Positions 50,907 through 63,070 of a DNA stretch of 64,000 bases are shown one piece after another (position 1 is the stretch's first letter; each line of letters starts with the position of its first letter). The DNA is taken from assembly GCA_964270895.1 (NCBI GenBank), contig OZ185440.1. One strand, written 5' to 3'. Source of the DNA: Podarcis filfolensis. Lineage: Eukaryota. A model generated the notes under the pieces. That model was not told the origin of the DNA. It was given only the letters and a program-made list of their open reading frames with translations, and did no database searches. Position numbers and translations under genes: made by a program.

Positions 50907-50998
50907 GTAGGGCAATAATTATTCCTTGATAATTTGTCACCCCCTCCATGATGGCACCTGGGTCAGAGCACCCCCCACCTCCCCTTCCTATGCCCCTG

Positions 50999-51305
50999 GA
51001 TATGATCACTTCCTCCCAAGATTCCCAGTACTTCCACTTTGTGAATCAGTTCCTCCCTGTTGGTGAGGACCAGATCCAAGACAGATGATCCTCTTGCTGC
51101 TTCTTCCATCTTATGGGAAATGAAATTGTCAGAGAGGCAATGGAGGAATTTGTTGGACCTTACATTCGTGATAGAGTTGAGTTCCAACAGATATTGGGTA
51201 GCTGACGTTTCCTATAACTACTGTATCTCTCCTTTTTGAATGTTTGGCAATCTGCTCTTGGAAGGCATCATCCAAGTCTTCAGTCTGGCTTGGAGGTCTA
51301 AAGTC
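50999..51305 (-). mobile_element. CR1 LINE endonuclease fragment
   Basis: [49 protein letters not shown]; continues as ILLSFMTQRQEKAEC at 49444-49390 on the far side of the hAT insert. Confidence 0.85.
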
Positions 51306-52427
51306 AATGTTGTTTCCCTCTCCTACAATTTTAACCATATTGGGCCAACTGAGTATGCTAGTTTGTGTAACACAGTTAAATTTGAGGTGGGGAATCTACA
51401 TAACTCAAAAGTTTGCATATCTACAAAGCTTTGTGCAATAAAATAAATTGTCTGGGACCAAGCAGATCTTTCTAAGAGGGATCTGCTCTGTGCTTTAGGA
51501 TTTCATGGTTGGTCAGTAGGGGCTTGTGGATGGACAGGCTTGCCTTGTGGTGAAAGGCTGGGCTATCTTTTCTAACTTTGACACCACATTTTCTACTTTT
51601 GCAGCCATTATTTTCTCTGGTAGCAACACCTCTGAGATGGCTACAAAGTGTAATATTAGATCTAGATGCTATAAAATATAACATGGCCATGAAGTTGAAT
51701 TCATATTGATTCACCTATATTAGGAACTTTGTATTAATTTCCAAGCGGTCAATGGGAAAAAGGTTTGGGAACCACTGATTTATGCTATAGTTTAACATTG
51801 CTTTATGACAGATTGCATGAGTGCCCCTCCCCCTGTTTTCAGTGGTGCCTGGCACCTCATGGTCAGTTTTTGGGTGCCAAGCTATGACATTTTGATTTAC
51901 CCAGCCCTTTGGCAGCTAAGTTAGGTTCTGACCTTTTGGTGGGATGGGGTAGGACTGGTCTTATTGTGTTGTTGAACGAACATTTTAGAGATTTTGTATT
52001 CTGGACTGTTTGTTAGATTTTTCTTTTTACTGTTGGTTGATTTTATCTTTTTGTGCTTTATCTTCTTAAGTTGCTTCAATACTTTTTGTATAAAATGTAG
52101 ATAATGATAGTTTATGTGAAAAGTAAATTTCTTTGAAGGTTTGTTGTTGTTGTTTTGCATTGCGGGGTCACCTGTTTTGGATCCCCCTCTGTTGGGGGTC
52201 AGGTACATGCAGCTTCTGCAGGCCACATGATACTGGCCTAGATGGCAGGGCTGTGAGTGTCATGGAGGCCACATGGGTGCCACCACCCACATGGGGCAAT
52301 GTTGCAAGTAACCAAAAGCAAAGGCCGGATAACATAGTTTTATGGGTACTGGTTCAACAGTCAACCAGGAAGCCAGTATCACAGGAAGCTCCCCTTGGAT
52401 TATGAGCTACATTTCCTATGTAACTTT

Positions 52428-52662
52428 AAAGGTAAAGGTACCCCTGACCATTAGGTCCAGTCACAGATGACTCTGGGGTTGTGGCGCTCATCTCGCTTTA
52501 TTGGCCGAGGGAGCCGGCATTTGTCTGCAGACAGTTTCCGGGTCATGTGGCCAGCATGTTTAAGCCGCTTCTGGCGAACCAGAGCAGTGCACGGAAACGC
52601 CTTTTACGAGCTCACCCTGTCACGGGGATTCAAACCGCTGACCTTCTGATCGGCAAGCCCTA
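52428..52662 (-). mobile_element. Sauria-type SINE with internal deletion
   Basis: AAAGGTAAAGGTACCCCTGACC tail and body homologous to the copies at 32017 and 61430. Confidence 0.8.
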
Positions 52663-52820
52663 GCAGGAGAAGCAGGTGAAAAGAATAGCAAAGCCTGCAT
52701 GCCATGCAAGTAAATTGACACAGAGGAAAGAGCCATAGGTTTTGCTGAATTTTATTTCACTTTTACAGCTACATGGAATGTCGGATTGGGAAGGCTATGG
52801 AGTTAAAAAACCTGATCACT

Positions 52821-55800
52821 TCATGCCCAGTTGCAGCAGGAGCAGCTGGCATCAAAGACAAGACCCGTCTGGCAATGCTGCAGGTAAGTCCTGCCGTTCA
52901 CACAGTGGTAAAAGCTGTTCTTGTCTGTTGGGTCTGGGTATAGGCCTCCAGCTCTGCTAGCACAGAATCCACTGCCTCCGGTGCTGGGGCTGCCACCAGA
53001 GCCACTGCTTGGGCTGCCACCAGATCCACTGCTTGGGCTGCCACCGGAGCTTCCTCCACCACCGCTGGGGGCTGGTGGGATTGGCTCAATGGGCTTGGAT
53101 GGGGCTTTGCAACCTGGAAGAGAAGCAGAGGGTAAGCCATCTCAGCTGATTCATCTCTCAAATAACCACTACTGGCTCAAAATGTGAATTCTACATCATT
53201 CTGAACTTGATTTAAGGGATTCGGCCTACATGACATGTGTTTGGCTTTTTCCATAAAGAAAACCTGCCTTGTACTTTCTCCCCAGTGTGTGATCCACATC
53301 AGTGTGAATAGAGATGCAACTCCCATCAGCCCCAGCCAGCCTGGCTAATGGTCAGGGATTATGGGAATTGTAATCCTAAACATCTAGAGGGCACCAATCA
53401 ATCATGAGCACAAGGAAAAGGCTTAAAATTTTTTTTTTATTTAAAAGACCTCTGATTTCTTATTCTACTCTACATCTGCACAACTTGTAATCCATTGAGC
53501 TGAATACAGGTCACCAGCTATAAACTGTGGCCTGGCAGTTTTTTGAGAACTTGTCTTTTTCTGTTTCCAAGTAGGTAGGAAGAACTGAAGGTTAATTCAA
53601 CCTCTGCTTGGCTGTCATATACAGATGGTGGGTCATGAGTTGTACAGTCCAGCTCAAATCCTCCCAGAACTTGAGGGTCCCTGTGGCTGTAAATCTAAAG
53701 TACTTGGCTATCTGTGGAGTAGGTCAGGAACTACAGCTCAGTGGTAGAGTACATGCTTTGCATGCAGGAGGTCCCTGCTTCAGCCTTTGGCATTTTTAGT
53801 TTAAAGGGTCCAGAACCTGGTGATGGGAAAGACCCTTGAGATCTGTGGTCTAGATGACACCTGAGCTAGATGGACTGATAGTCTGTCCTAGCATAAGGCA
53901 GCTTCCATTGTTCTTAATTTATGAATACATAGGTTCTGCATTCAGTGCCAGTGATATGATCTCCAAAATATACCTTCTCTTTCACTCTGGACTGCAGCAG
54001 CCCTTTCTCCCTGAGTCTTATCGCTCCCTGATTCTATAGTTGTGGTGAATTCTTCTTGGTTGTTTTGCCCCCATCCTTTAATAATGCATTCTAATTTTTT
54101 GCCCTTTGAAACCTTCCAAATCCAACTGTTCTCATTCTCTCTTTTTTTTTAAGTGTTACCATTGATATCAAAATGTATCGAGCATGTTCTAAACAGGCCT
54201 AAAAGTGACTTAACTGACCTTGGTACCTCAGTTTGGAGGTTAGTTCTAAAATAAGCAACAGTGACTTGTTTTTCAGCATTATGAATTTTTGCTGGAACTT
54301 TGGCTTTCACAATTGTTTTGAGAACTTTTCCTGCTGCTGCTACTTACTAGCACTCTGCAGTCCGAGAGCGTTCTTCAGGGTGGTGATCAAGGGGTATTTG
54401 CCTTGATTGCAGAAAGTACCAGTGAAGTCATCCAAGTCAAGAGACCAAACCATAGCACCTGCAAAGTTATTCTTCTTCAACCACTCAGCCTGTCAGATGC
54501 CAAGAAAGATGCCCAAGTCAATCTACTATATAGAGAACCTGTACTTAGTGGCATTACATCAGCCATAGTCCTCATACCTTGATTTTGAAACTCTTGGTGA
54601 ACCTACCAAGACATTCTAATGTACCAGAATGAATGTATGCTTTTGTGAGATTGGTACCATACCTTGATCTGGAAGCTCTTGATGTTGTCATAGCCCAGCC
54701 ACTCATTTCCCTTGTAGGCATAAGGCACATCTTGAGGAGCATCCCAAGCTTGAGTGGCTCCATTCTTCAGGAAGGTGCAGATCTAACAGAGGAAATGAAA
54801 AAGGCACCTTGTAAATCATTGCGGGACTCTGTCTTGGTTGCTGTCTCATAATGCTATGTGCATAGTGCAGAGAAGTGAACTGAACGTATCACTGCACAAA
54901 TCTGCATAGGCATCATAAAGCTTATAAGTATTTCCTCCATGGCTTAAAAAGGAGGCACAATGTGTATCAAGAGTTGAGAATACCTTATTGGCTGCATAGT
55001 GAAAAAAGTTATTATCTTGTCCTCAGTTATCTGAAAGTCCTGCCTACCCCAAAAACCAATGTGCATTAGCCACATTACTTCATCTCAGTATAATCTTGAG
55101 CAGAAATGCTAAAACCCAGGTGCCCTAGCTAGTGATATCCATACAAAAAATGATCCCTTGGTCCCTATGGAGGAATTTTTTTCTTGCTTTCTGTCTGGCA
55201 CTGAGAAAAATCTCACTGGCTGCTAAGCTTTAGAAACATTTTTTGCAACACTGGTTTTGTGCGAACAGCATATTTTCCAAGCCATTAGGCCAAAATTTAG
55301 TTGTTGCATCTTTGTAGGATTTCTTATTTGATTGGCCTATCTTTAGAATTATATTCTTCATCTGTATAGTGTAAACTGAGTGACGCAAATAAATATTTTA
55401 ATGGATTGTGGTGGGAAAAGTGAACAAACCTCATAGTAAGCCCAGAAGCCAGATTGTCTTGTATATGGTCCAGCAGGCCCAGCACCAGTTGTGGGAGCAC
55501 CAACAGCTGTGTTGGATGGATCGCTGAGGATGAAGGTGTGTCCATAAGTTGGGAATCCAACAATGAGTTTCTCAGCTGGGGCACCATTCTTCTTCCAGTA
55601 GTTCATGGCATAGTCCTACAAAGGCAAATCATTTGTTACTCTCTGCTTGCAAAGTGGAACGTTAATTTCTTCATTTTTTTAAGGTTTAGTTCCTGGCAGG
55701 CTTTGAAGCACCCTGTAAAAATAGGCTTCCAGCTTGGGATGAGAGAATCTGCCAGTTGAGGGTTTTCTCTCTCAGTTTCTTCTTTTTTCCACCCTTAAAT

Positions 55801-56923
55801 TTGGTTCTCCACATTTCCGTATCAGCGTATGATTTACATTAAAGTAAGCACTTTTGCCTTATACACATTTTTTTTGCAAAGCAATTTTCCCTAATACAAT
55901 GCCTTTTTGTATGTTATGTTCACTAGTGTATTATTTTTTAATGCACATCTTATCCTAGTATATGTACTTTTGACACATTATTTTCCTGAAGAATTGCATT
56001 GCAATATTTGGAAAAGTGTGAATTTCAAGGGATGGCTATGTTTCAGTTTACATGTTGTTTCAAAAAGTGCAAATTAGGCAGATTGACCTTTAAATGTCTC
56101 TCCCAGCCCTACTTTCAACTTATACTTACAACATTGAAGTAGATGTTTCCACCAGTGTCTGCAGGACCTCTGTACAGAGGGCTGTTCTCTCCAGTGTATC
56201 TCTCCCAGGAGCCATGGAAGTCATAGGTCATCACATGGAAATAGTCCAGATACCTGTGAGGAGATTAAATGTATCTGTGTCCAGTTCTTCTTCTTTGCAA
56301 CTATTAGTAATATGTTGAATAAACCCTATGCTTCTAAGGCTTTTGCAGTCTCATCTTCCATAAACATTACCTCTCTAGACCATAGCCCATTTTCTGCTAT
56401 GCAGTAGCACCACCATTCTTTTTTCTGACTATATATGATAGCATTTGATGTATAATTAGACCCATAAATGCAGTTCCATAGTGTAAGCCCATCACAGGCC
56501 CAGTTTGCTCTTCAAAACAGATCATTATTGTGACTTTGACTTTGGAATATTTGATCATTGGGTTTTTTTAGCCAACCTTCTTAGGTTTGTCCTTCAGGAT
56601 GAGTATCTATAGCTTTATTAAAGTAATCAACAGAGGAAATAGTATCTGTGGCTGCCTTGTCGCCTGAAGTAACTCTGTGTGCTAGGACTGGCTGTAAGGT
56701 ACACTGTTCTCCTAAAACCAGCCAGTATGCTAATACTGCAGCTGCCTCTACGCCAATGATGCTGGCATAGTGATTTTACCAATGACACATACTGGCTTGG
56801 TTTCACTTTAACGCACAGTGTGCAACTGATGAACAATACGACACACATCAGATGATTCAAAATAACATTAATTGTAAGGGTATCTTCACCTATGCATATA
56901 CAAAAGACAGAAGTTAAATTTAA

Positions 56924-56956
<33 letters not shown>

Positions 56957-59900
56957 CTAAGCACCTAAAATACTGTACTTACTGGCCAAGCTCAGGAATC
57001 TGGTAGCCTGACTCAATATTGGAAAGACCAGCAGCAACAGCAGCAGTGACCATGAGTCTGGGTCTGTTCACTTGTTTGGCTTCCTTCTCAAAGGCTTCCA
57101 ACATTTCCTACAAAGCAAACAGTAAGGTAAATGTGAATTTTCTGACACAGCCCCACAATCTTGTTACTGTTCGGGTTTTGAGCCAATCCTATGAATTTTA
57201 GCCAACAAAATCATTAAAGTGACAATTTCAGACTATAAAAAATGCCTATGAATAAAAATTTCTTGCAAAAAGTAAGAGGTGAGGAACCTGTGGCCCTGCA
57301 GATGTTGGTCTACCACCATCCCTGACCACTGGCCATGCTAGCTTATGCTGTTGGGAGTTGTAGTGAAACAACAACTGGAGGACCAGAAGTTGCCCCACTC
57401 CTGTTTTAGGTGTTGTCACAGGAAGCACCATTTTAGAAGAGGCACGCACTTCTGTGTGAGATAGATGAAAGCCTGTCTCTTCTAAAATGATGCTCACCAG
57501 TTTTGGTTTTTGTAGATAACGATATTAAAAATAAAGACCCCATCAATCTGAGGCAATTTTTAATTGATAGCAAGGTTTTAAAAGATTGATAAAACCTATT
57601 AACCGAGTAATGGGACAGTCATACACATGCTAACTTAGAAACAGGCTCCACCATCTTCTGTAGGGCTTACACCCAGGTGGTTGTGTGTAGGATAGCAGCA
57701 TAAATGTTGTAGCCCTATGTAGCATTATTGTTATGCTGCTATGGCAATGGGAGACCGCTGCTCATCTCTGCTGGTGAGAGTGACTTCCTTCCTTGATTTT
57801 AGGGCAGCAGTAGGCAAATGGTGCCCTCTATTGTGGACTACAGCTCCCATCAGCTCAGCCAGCAATGGTCAACGGTCAGGAGCAGTGGGCGTTGTGGTCC
57901 ACAGTATTTGGTTTTGGCCACCCTAGGTTAGGAGAATAAAGGCAGAGATAAATTGATGCTAAACTATCCAATCTGGCTTCTCCATTTCTGGGTGGTGGTG
58001 GGGAAATAAGAACAACATAATCAGTGGTTTTACCTTAACCAATAAAGTAAAGAGGGACTTATCCTGAGGGGTGCTGCCTCTAGAGCCAGGGTACTCCCAG
58101 TCAAAGTCCAGCCCATCAAACTCGTACTGGCGCAAGAAAGTGATGACAGAGTTGATGAAGGTCTGGCGGGTCTCAGGAGTGGCAACCATTGCAGTGAATC
58201 TGTAATGTGGCCATCAGAGGGTAGAAGATAATTACCTACTTATTATGTGCATTCTTCTCTCTATTACTAGGATGAAGTATACAAGCGTTGCTTCAACTTA
58301 CGGTGCTGTTCCAAAGTTCCAGCCTCCAATTGCCAGAAGAGTCTTCAGGTCCCCATTCCTGTCATGGAAGAGATTGCAGAGATTAAATCTACCCTATTTC
58401 TGGAACAAGGAGTCCCGAGTTGGTGCCATCTTGCTATCCATTTTGTGTTTGTTTATATAATCTTGAACCCCATTTTCTTATGACAGATGATCTGTCAAGT
58501 AGTCTAGAATGAGTCACTTTTTATTATTGGTTTGCATCCCAACATCAGCTGACAACCTTGTAGTATTGTAGCTCCACATGTACTCAAACTTTCTTGCTTC
58601 TTTGTTCTATGTAGCGCTAGGCTCAGCTAGGTTACAACACTGGCCATTGGATCCCTCTGGGCAGGAAGGCATATGATAGTGCTTTCTGTTCCAGTTGAGC
58701 CTCATATAAACAAGGCAGAAGCAGAATGTGGGAAGGGTGGGTGACCATTATTCATGGATACTCACTGGTTTTTCAAGCCATTGAAAGATTTATAAAGAGT
58801 GACGTCATTCCATTCAATGGTTGCAATCTCATTGTTGCGCATCCCAGCAAAGGCATAGATCAGGTGAGTACACAGACAAGGGTCAATGTTGTCGGGCTTG
58901 TATTTCCCAAGGCCTGGTCTGTATTGGCCCCAGTTGGTGAAGTAGCATGATAGCACATAGGCAGAACCTATCAAGACAAATAGGACAGGTTATAATAAAA
59001 GTTTAAATGGAATCGAGCAAGACTGAAGGGTGAGGAGAAGAAAGACAAGTGTGTATTTTCTTTAGCTATAATAAAACATGTATACCTGCCAGATCTTAGT
59101 CTATATTGCAGATTTGGCATGTCGTTATAGTAGATGCAGAGGAGCATTCATTGCTGTGATATCTAGGAGGGATTGCTGCAATATTCTTAGAGATAGACAC
59201 ATGCAGCTTAGTGTAATGTAAATGCACTAATTTTCTAAACATATTTTCTTTCAAAATATGCATTTCAAAATCCCCTTTAATGGTTTTGAAAGCTGGGAAC
59301 TGTGTTGCAACGTTTAGAGAAATGCAAAATACTATAAAAAGCTATGGGCTCCACTGAAAAGACCACAGTCTGCCACTGTGGAGACTGTGGTGTTTTTATA
59401 ATATTGGGTTTATTTACACATATATGCAACCTGCACCTATGATGGAGGGGTTCACAGCATTAACACCCACAGAGGCTCTTGTTTCTCCCAAAATTACAGC
59501 CTTGGATTCAAATGGAAATCAAACATTGCTCTCAAGAGGTGCTTTACCTCTAGGTCACATCACTGCAACTCAACTCTAAACTCAGGCGTTGTCTTTCTAA
59601 CTATCTATGAGTTGAGGGAAGGGCCCCACCCATTTGCTGCCTCACACAGAGCCACTTTCCTTTGTTTTCCTTAATGGCCCATCACCCAGGTTGTCACTCC
59701 AACACAGGAAGTGGCTAGGTGACACTTAGACATTAATTTAAAGAGCTGCTTTCCATACCTATTTGTGCATTCAGCAGGAGCACCAGACCTATAAAGAAAA
59801 AGGGAATAATTTGTAAATTAAATATGTATAAACTTTTATGAATTGTTTAGAAATCATAGTGTATCACTATTTAACTTTGAGAAGAGTGGCAAACAATTTC

Positions 59901-60670
59901 TGTTTTGATGAAAGACTTTGTTGTAGGCCTTATATTGACCGCTATATTATATAGTTATTCAAACACGATTTTAAATAGAAGCACATTAACTGCTTGAATT
60001 TTCAAATGAATTGTAATGGAGGTATAATTTACACTGTGCATGCTACTTGGAGGAGGAATAATTAATTTTCTTCCATAATTTGTACCTCAAAGGTATCCAT
60101 GGACTTCATTGCTAAGTATTATGCAGGAATTTTCAAAAACTGAAATTAATAGTGGGAAAAGAAGGGGTTGATATAACTGAATAAAAATCTGCAAGATTTT
60201 CAGTTGTCAGTATTACAGGGAACATACTTGGGTCTCCAGGAATTTTCCCCAACCTTATCTGGAGACACAAGGGACTGAACCAGGGACTATTTGCATGCAA
60301 AGCATGTGCTTTCCCACTGAGCGATGGTCATTCTCCAATGGAGGAAATTCCTGATTTCCAAATATCCCGAACAAAGAAAGCTTTCTCTCCACACTATGGA
60401 ATGGAGGGAAGCAACACTTCTGGTTTTGTAAGGAAATATGGTAGTGAATGAAATCTTTGCTATAAAATAGCAAGAATACAATAAACTTGCTCAGTTATTT
60501 TGAAATCCATTCAGTTAATTAAAAGTTGTTCTCTTTTAAATAATAGAATATGCACAAAAAAGGAAAGAATGAGAATTACAGAATGAGTTTCTTCCACCAG
60601 CAGAGAAAAGATACACCATTTTATGAATTTCAGATTTGTACTTACCGGTAAGAAGCATCAACTTGGCCAT
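52821..60670 (-). CDS. CHIA: Gene D: acidic (mammalian-type) chitinase, CHIA paralogue, 489 aa
   Basis: Exons 60670-60646, 59788-59759, 58967-58766, 58358-58302, 58199-58034, 57107-56983, 56253-56130, 55615-55430, 54782-54663, 54489-54348, 53113-52821; all GT-AG; 1470 nt. [26 protein letters not shown], (GGSPSSGS)n hinge, CBM14 ending CSCCNWA*; AATAAA at 52751-52756 (minus). Confidence 0.95.
52987..53050 (-). repeat. 24-bp coding tandem repeat in the gene D hinge
   Basis: GGGCTGCCACCAGA(G/T)CCACTGCTT x2 plus a partial copy; encodes GGSPSSGS units. Confidence 0.9.
56925..56956. repeat. (GACA)n microsatellite
   Basis: Direct reading. Confidence 0.9.
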
Positions 60671-60709
60671 CTTGGTCTCTGTACTGATCTAACGTTGTTT
60701 CTCTCTTCC

Positions 60710-60716
60710 TTTTATA
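60710..60716 (-). promoter_or_regulatory. Gene D TATA box
   Basis: TATAAAA on the minus strand, 40 nt upstream of the ATG, the same spacing as in gene C. Confidence 0.7.
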
Positions 60717-61429
60717 CCATACACTTGCCCTTCTACCTGTTCAGTGCCTTGTGACCAAAGCATCAGGTGATTGGGACATTCATCTAAAATTATTGGCATG
60801 CAACAAATTCCAGTACCAGAACAAAGACACAATTAAAAAACCAAACTTAAGAAAACATGGTTATCAATATTTTTTATTTTACCAGTGCTATTGGGATCCT
60901 GGTGGAATTAGATTACAGTGTTTAAGTCCCTTTAATTGAATGATAACATATAGAAGTCAGGACTGTATATTTGCTGTGCCAATTTGCTTTTGATTACACT
61001 TATAAATTGAGAACAAACAGTTATATAACCTGTTTACCGAGGACTTCCAGCTGTTTGTCCCAGTTACCTGATTGTTCCCTTGCAAAACTGAACTGTGTGC
61101 ATGTATTTTGTCTCTTTGAGGGGGCCGATCTAGGGTGAAGGGGAGAGAAGTGACTAGAGGAGAAGGTTCCCCCAGCATTTGCTCAAAAATCCAGATGTGT
61201 CCAGAAGCCTAGAAAGGTTTGCAACAATGGTTATAAATGGACAACTGACAATTCCTTAATTAGTGAGAAATTACGAGGATCTCCCAACCAGGAATATTCT
61301 CTGCTTCCGTGGTCTAGGTTTAACAAAACCATGGTTAGAAAACTGGTTCTCAAGTCTTGTTAGGCTTTCCTGTGTCACAGGCATAGAACCTGTGACCCTC
61401 CAAATAATGCTGGACTACAGCTCCTATAA

Positions 61430-61787
61430 GGGACATGGGTGGCGCTGTGGGTTAAACCACAGAGCCTAGGACTTGCCGATCAGAAGGTCAGTGGTTCTAA
61501 TCCCCGTGACGTGGTGAGCTCCCGTTGCTCGGTCCCTGCTCCTGCCAACCTAGCAATTTGAAAGCACGTCAAAGTGCAAGTAGATAAATAGGTACCACTC
61601 TGGCAGGAAGGTAAATGGTGTTTCCATGTGCTGCTCTGGTTCACCAGAAGCGGCTTAGTCATGCTGCCCACATGACCCAGAAGCTGTATGCCGGCTCCCT
61701 CGGCCAATAAAGCGAGATGAGTGCTGCAACCCCAGAGTCGGCCACAACTGGACCTAATGGTCAGGGGTCCCTTTACCTTTACCTTTT
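61430..61787 (+). mobile_element. Full-length Sauria-type SINE
   Basis: Same head and tail as the copy at 32017; 12-bp TSD TACAGCTCCTAT (61416-61427, 61788-61799). Confidence 0.9.
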
Positions 61788-61807
61788 TACAGCTCCTATC
61801 ACCATTG

Positions 61808-61863
61808 AAGAAGAAGAAGAAGAAGAAGAGGAGGAGGAGGAGGAGGAGGAGGAGGAGGAGGAG
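61808..61863. repeat. (GAA)n(GAG)n compound microsatellite
   Basis: Direct reading; probably the tail of the adjacent reverse-oriented SINE. Confidence 0.9.
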
Positions 61864-62095
61864 TTTGGATTTGATATCCCGCTTTATCACTACCTGAAGG
61901 AGTCTCAAAGTGGCTAACATTCTCCTTTCCCTTCCTCCCCCACAACAAACACTCTGTGAGGTCAGTGGGGCTGAGAGACTTCAAAGAAGTGTGACTGGCC
62001 CAAGGTCACCCAGCAGCTGCATGTGGAGGAGTGGAGACACGAACCCGGTTCCCCAGATTACGAGACTACTGCTCTTAACAACTACACCACACTGA
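61864..62095 (-). mobile_element. Squamate tRNA/L2-related SINE (reverse orientation)
   Basis: On the minus strand, a tRNA-like head (CAGTGTGGTGTAGTTGTTAAGAG...GGGTTCGTGTCTCC) and the MIR-like core GACCTTGGGCCAGTCAC. Confidence 0.6.
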
Positions 62096-62334
62096 TCATG
62101 CTGGCTGGAGTGTATGGGAGCAGAAGAGTCTCCTGGATCAGGGCAAAGGTCCTTCTAATCCAGTATCCTGTTCTCACAGTGGCCAGTCAGATTTCCTTAA
62201 GCAGGATCCGAGTGCAACAACACTCCACTTGTGATTCCCAGCAACTGGTATTCAGAGACATGTTGCCTCCAACAGTAGAGGTGGAATGTAATCCGTGTGG
62301 CTTGTACCCTCCATGAATTTATCTTACCCTCTTT

Positions 62335-63070
62335 TGTTGAAGCAAATTCTATAGTTTAATTATGTACTGTGTGAAGAGGTCCCTGTGGTTTTTTTTGTCT
62401 GTCCTAAATCTTCCAACATTCACCTTCATTGAATGACCCCAAGTTCTAACGTTCTGAGAGAGGGAGAAAGACTCTATCCACTTTCTCTACATGCATAATT
62501 TTATACACCTATATCATGTCACCACTTACATGACTTTTCCCTAAATTAACATGGTATTGGCCTTTTTCATAGCTGCCACACACTAGGTAAACATCTTCAT
62601 CAAGCTACCCACTATGATGCCAAGGTCTCCTTCCTCACCAGTCAACTCCAGTTCAGACCCCATGAGCATGTATATGAAATTAAGATATTTTTTGTCACAG
62701 TGTGCATCATTTTACACTTATGTACTGTTTGGAGAGATCCTTTTGGAGCTCTTCACAATCTCTTTTTGTTTTAACTATGCTGAACAATTTGACATTAGCA
62801 ATCTTGGCTTCCTTGCTGCTCACCTCTAACTCCAGATTATTTATGAACAAGTTAAGAAGCACAGATCCAAATACTGACCCTTGGAGGACGCCACTTTATT
62901 TATCTCTCCATTGTCCATTTCTTCCTACTCTCTTCTTCCTGTTTCTTAACCAGTTACCGATCCACAAGAAGACCTCTTCTTTCATAACTGCTAAGCTTAC
63001 TCAGAAGTGTTTGATGAAGCCTTTTATCAAAAGCATTTTTTTGGTGTGTTGGTGTCCAAGAACTTCTGAA
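62335..63070 (-). mobile_element. Degraded CR1/L2-type RT fragment
   Basis: Reverse complement of 62840-62890 reads GVLQGSVFGSVLLNLFINNL, similar to the GVPQGSVLGP RT motif. Confidence 0.55.

Larger units (their letters stand above)
49445..50998. mobile_element. Non-autonomous hAT element (1.55 kb) inserted into a CR1
   Basis: TIR-like CAGAGGCGTAGGAAGG / CCTTCCTATGCCCCTG; exact 8-bp TSD GATATGAT (49437-49444, 50999-51006). Confidence 0.75.

Noticed and set aside
61717-61984. Poly-E / poly-P / poly-L ORFs
   Set aside because: Translation of the (GAA)n(GAG)n repeat between two SINEs.
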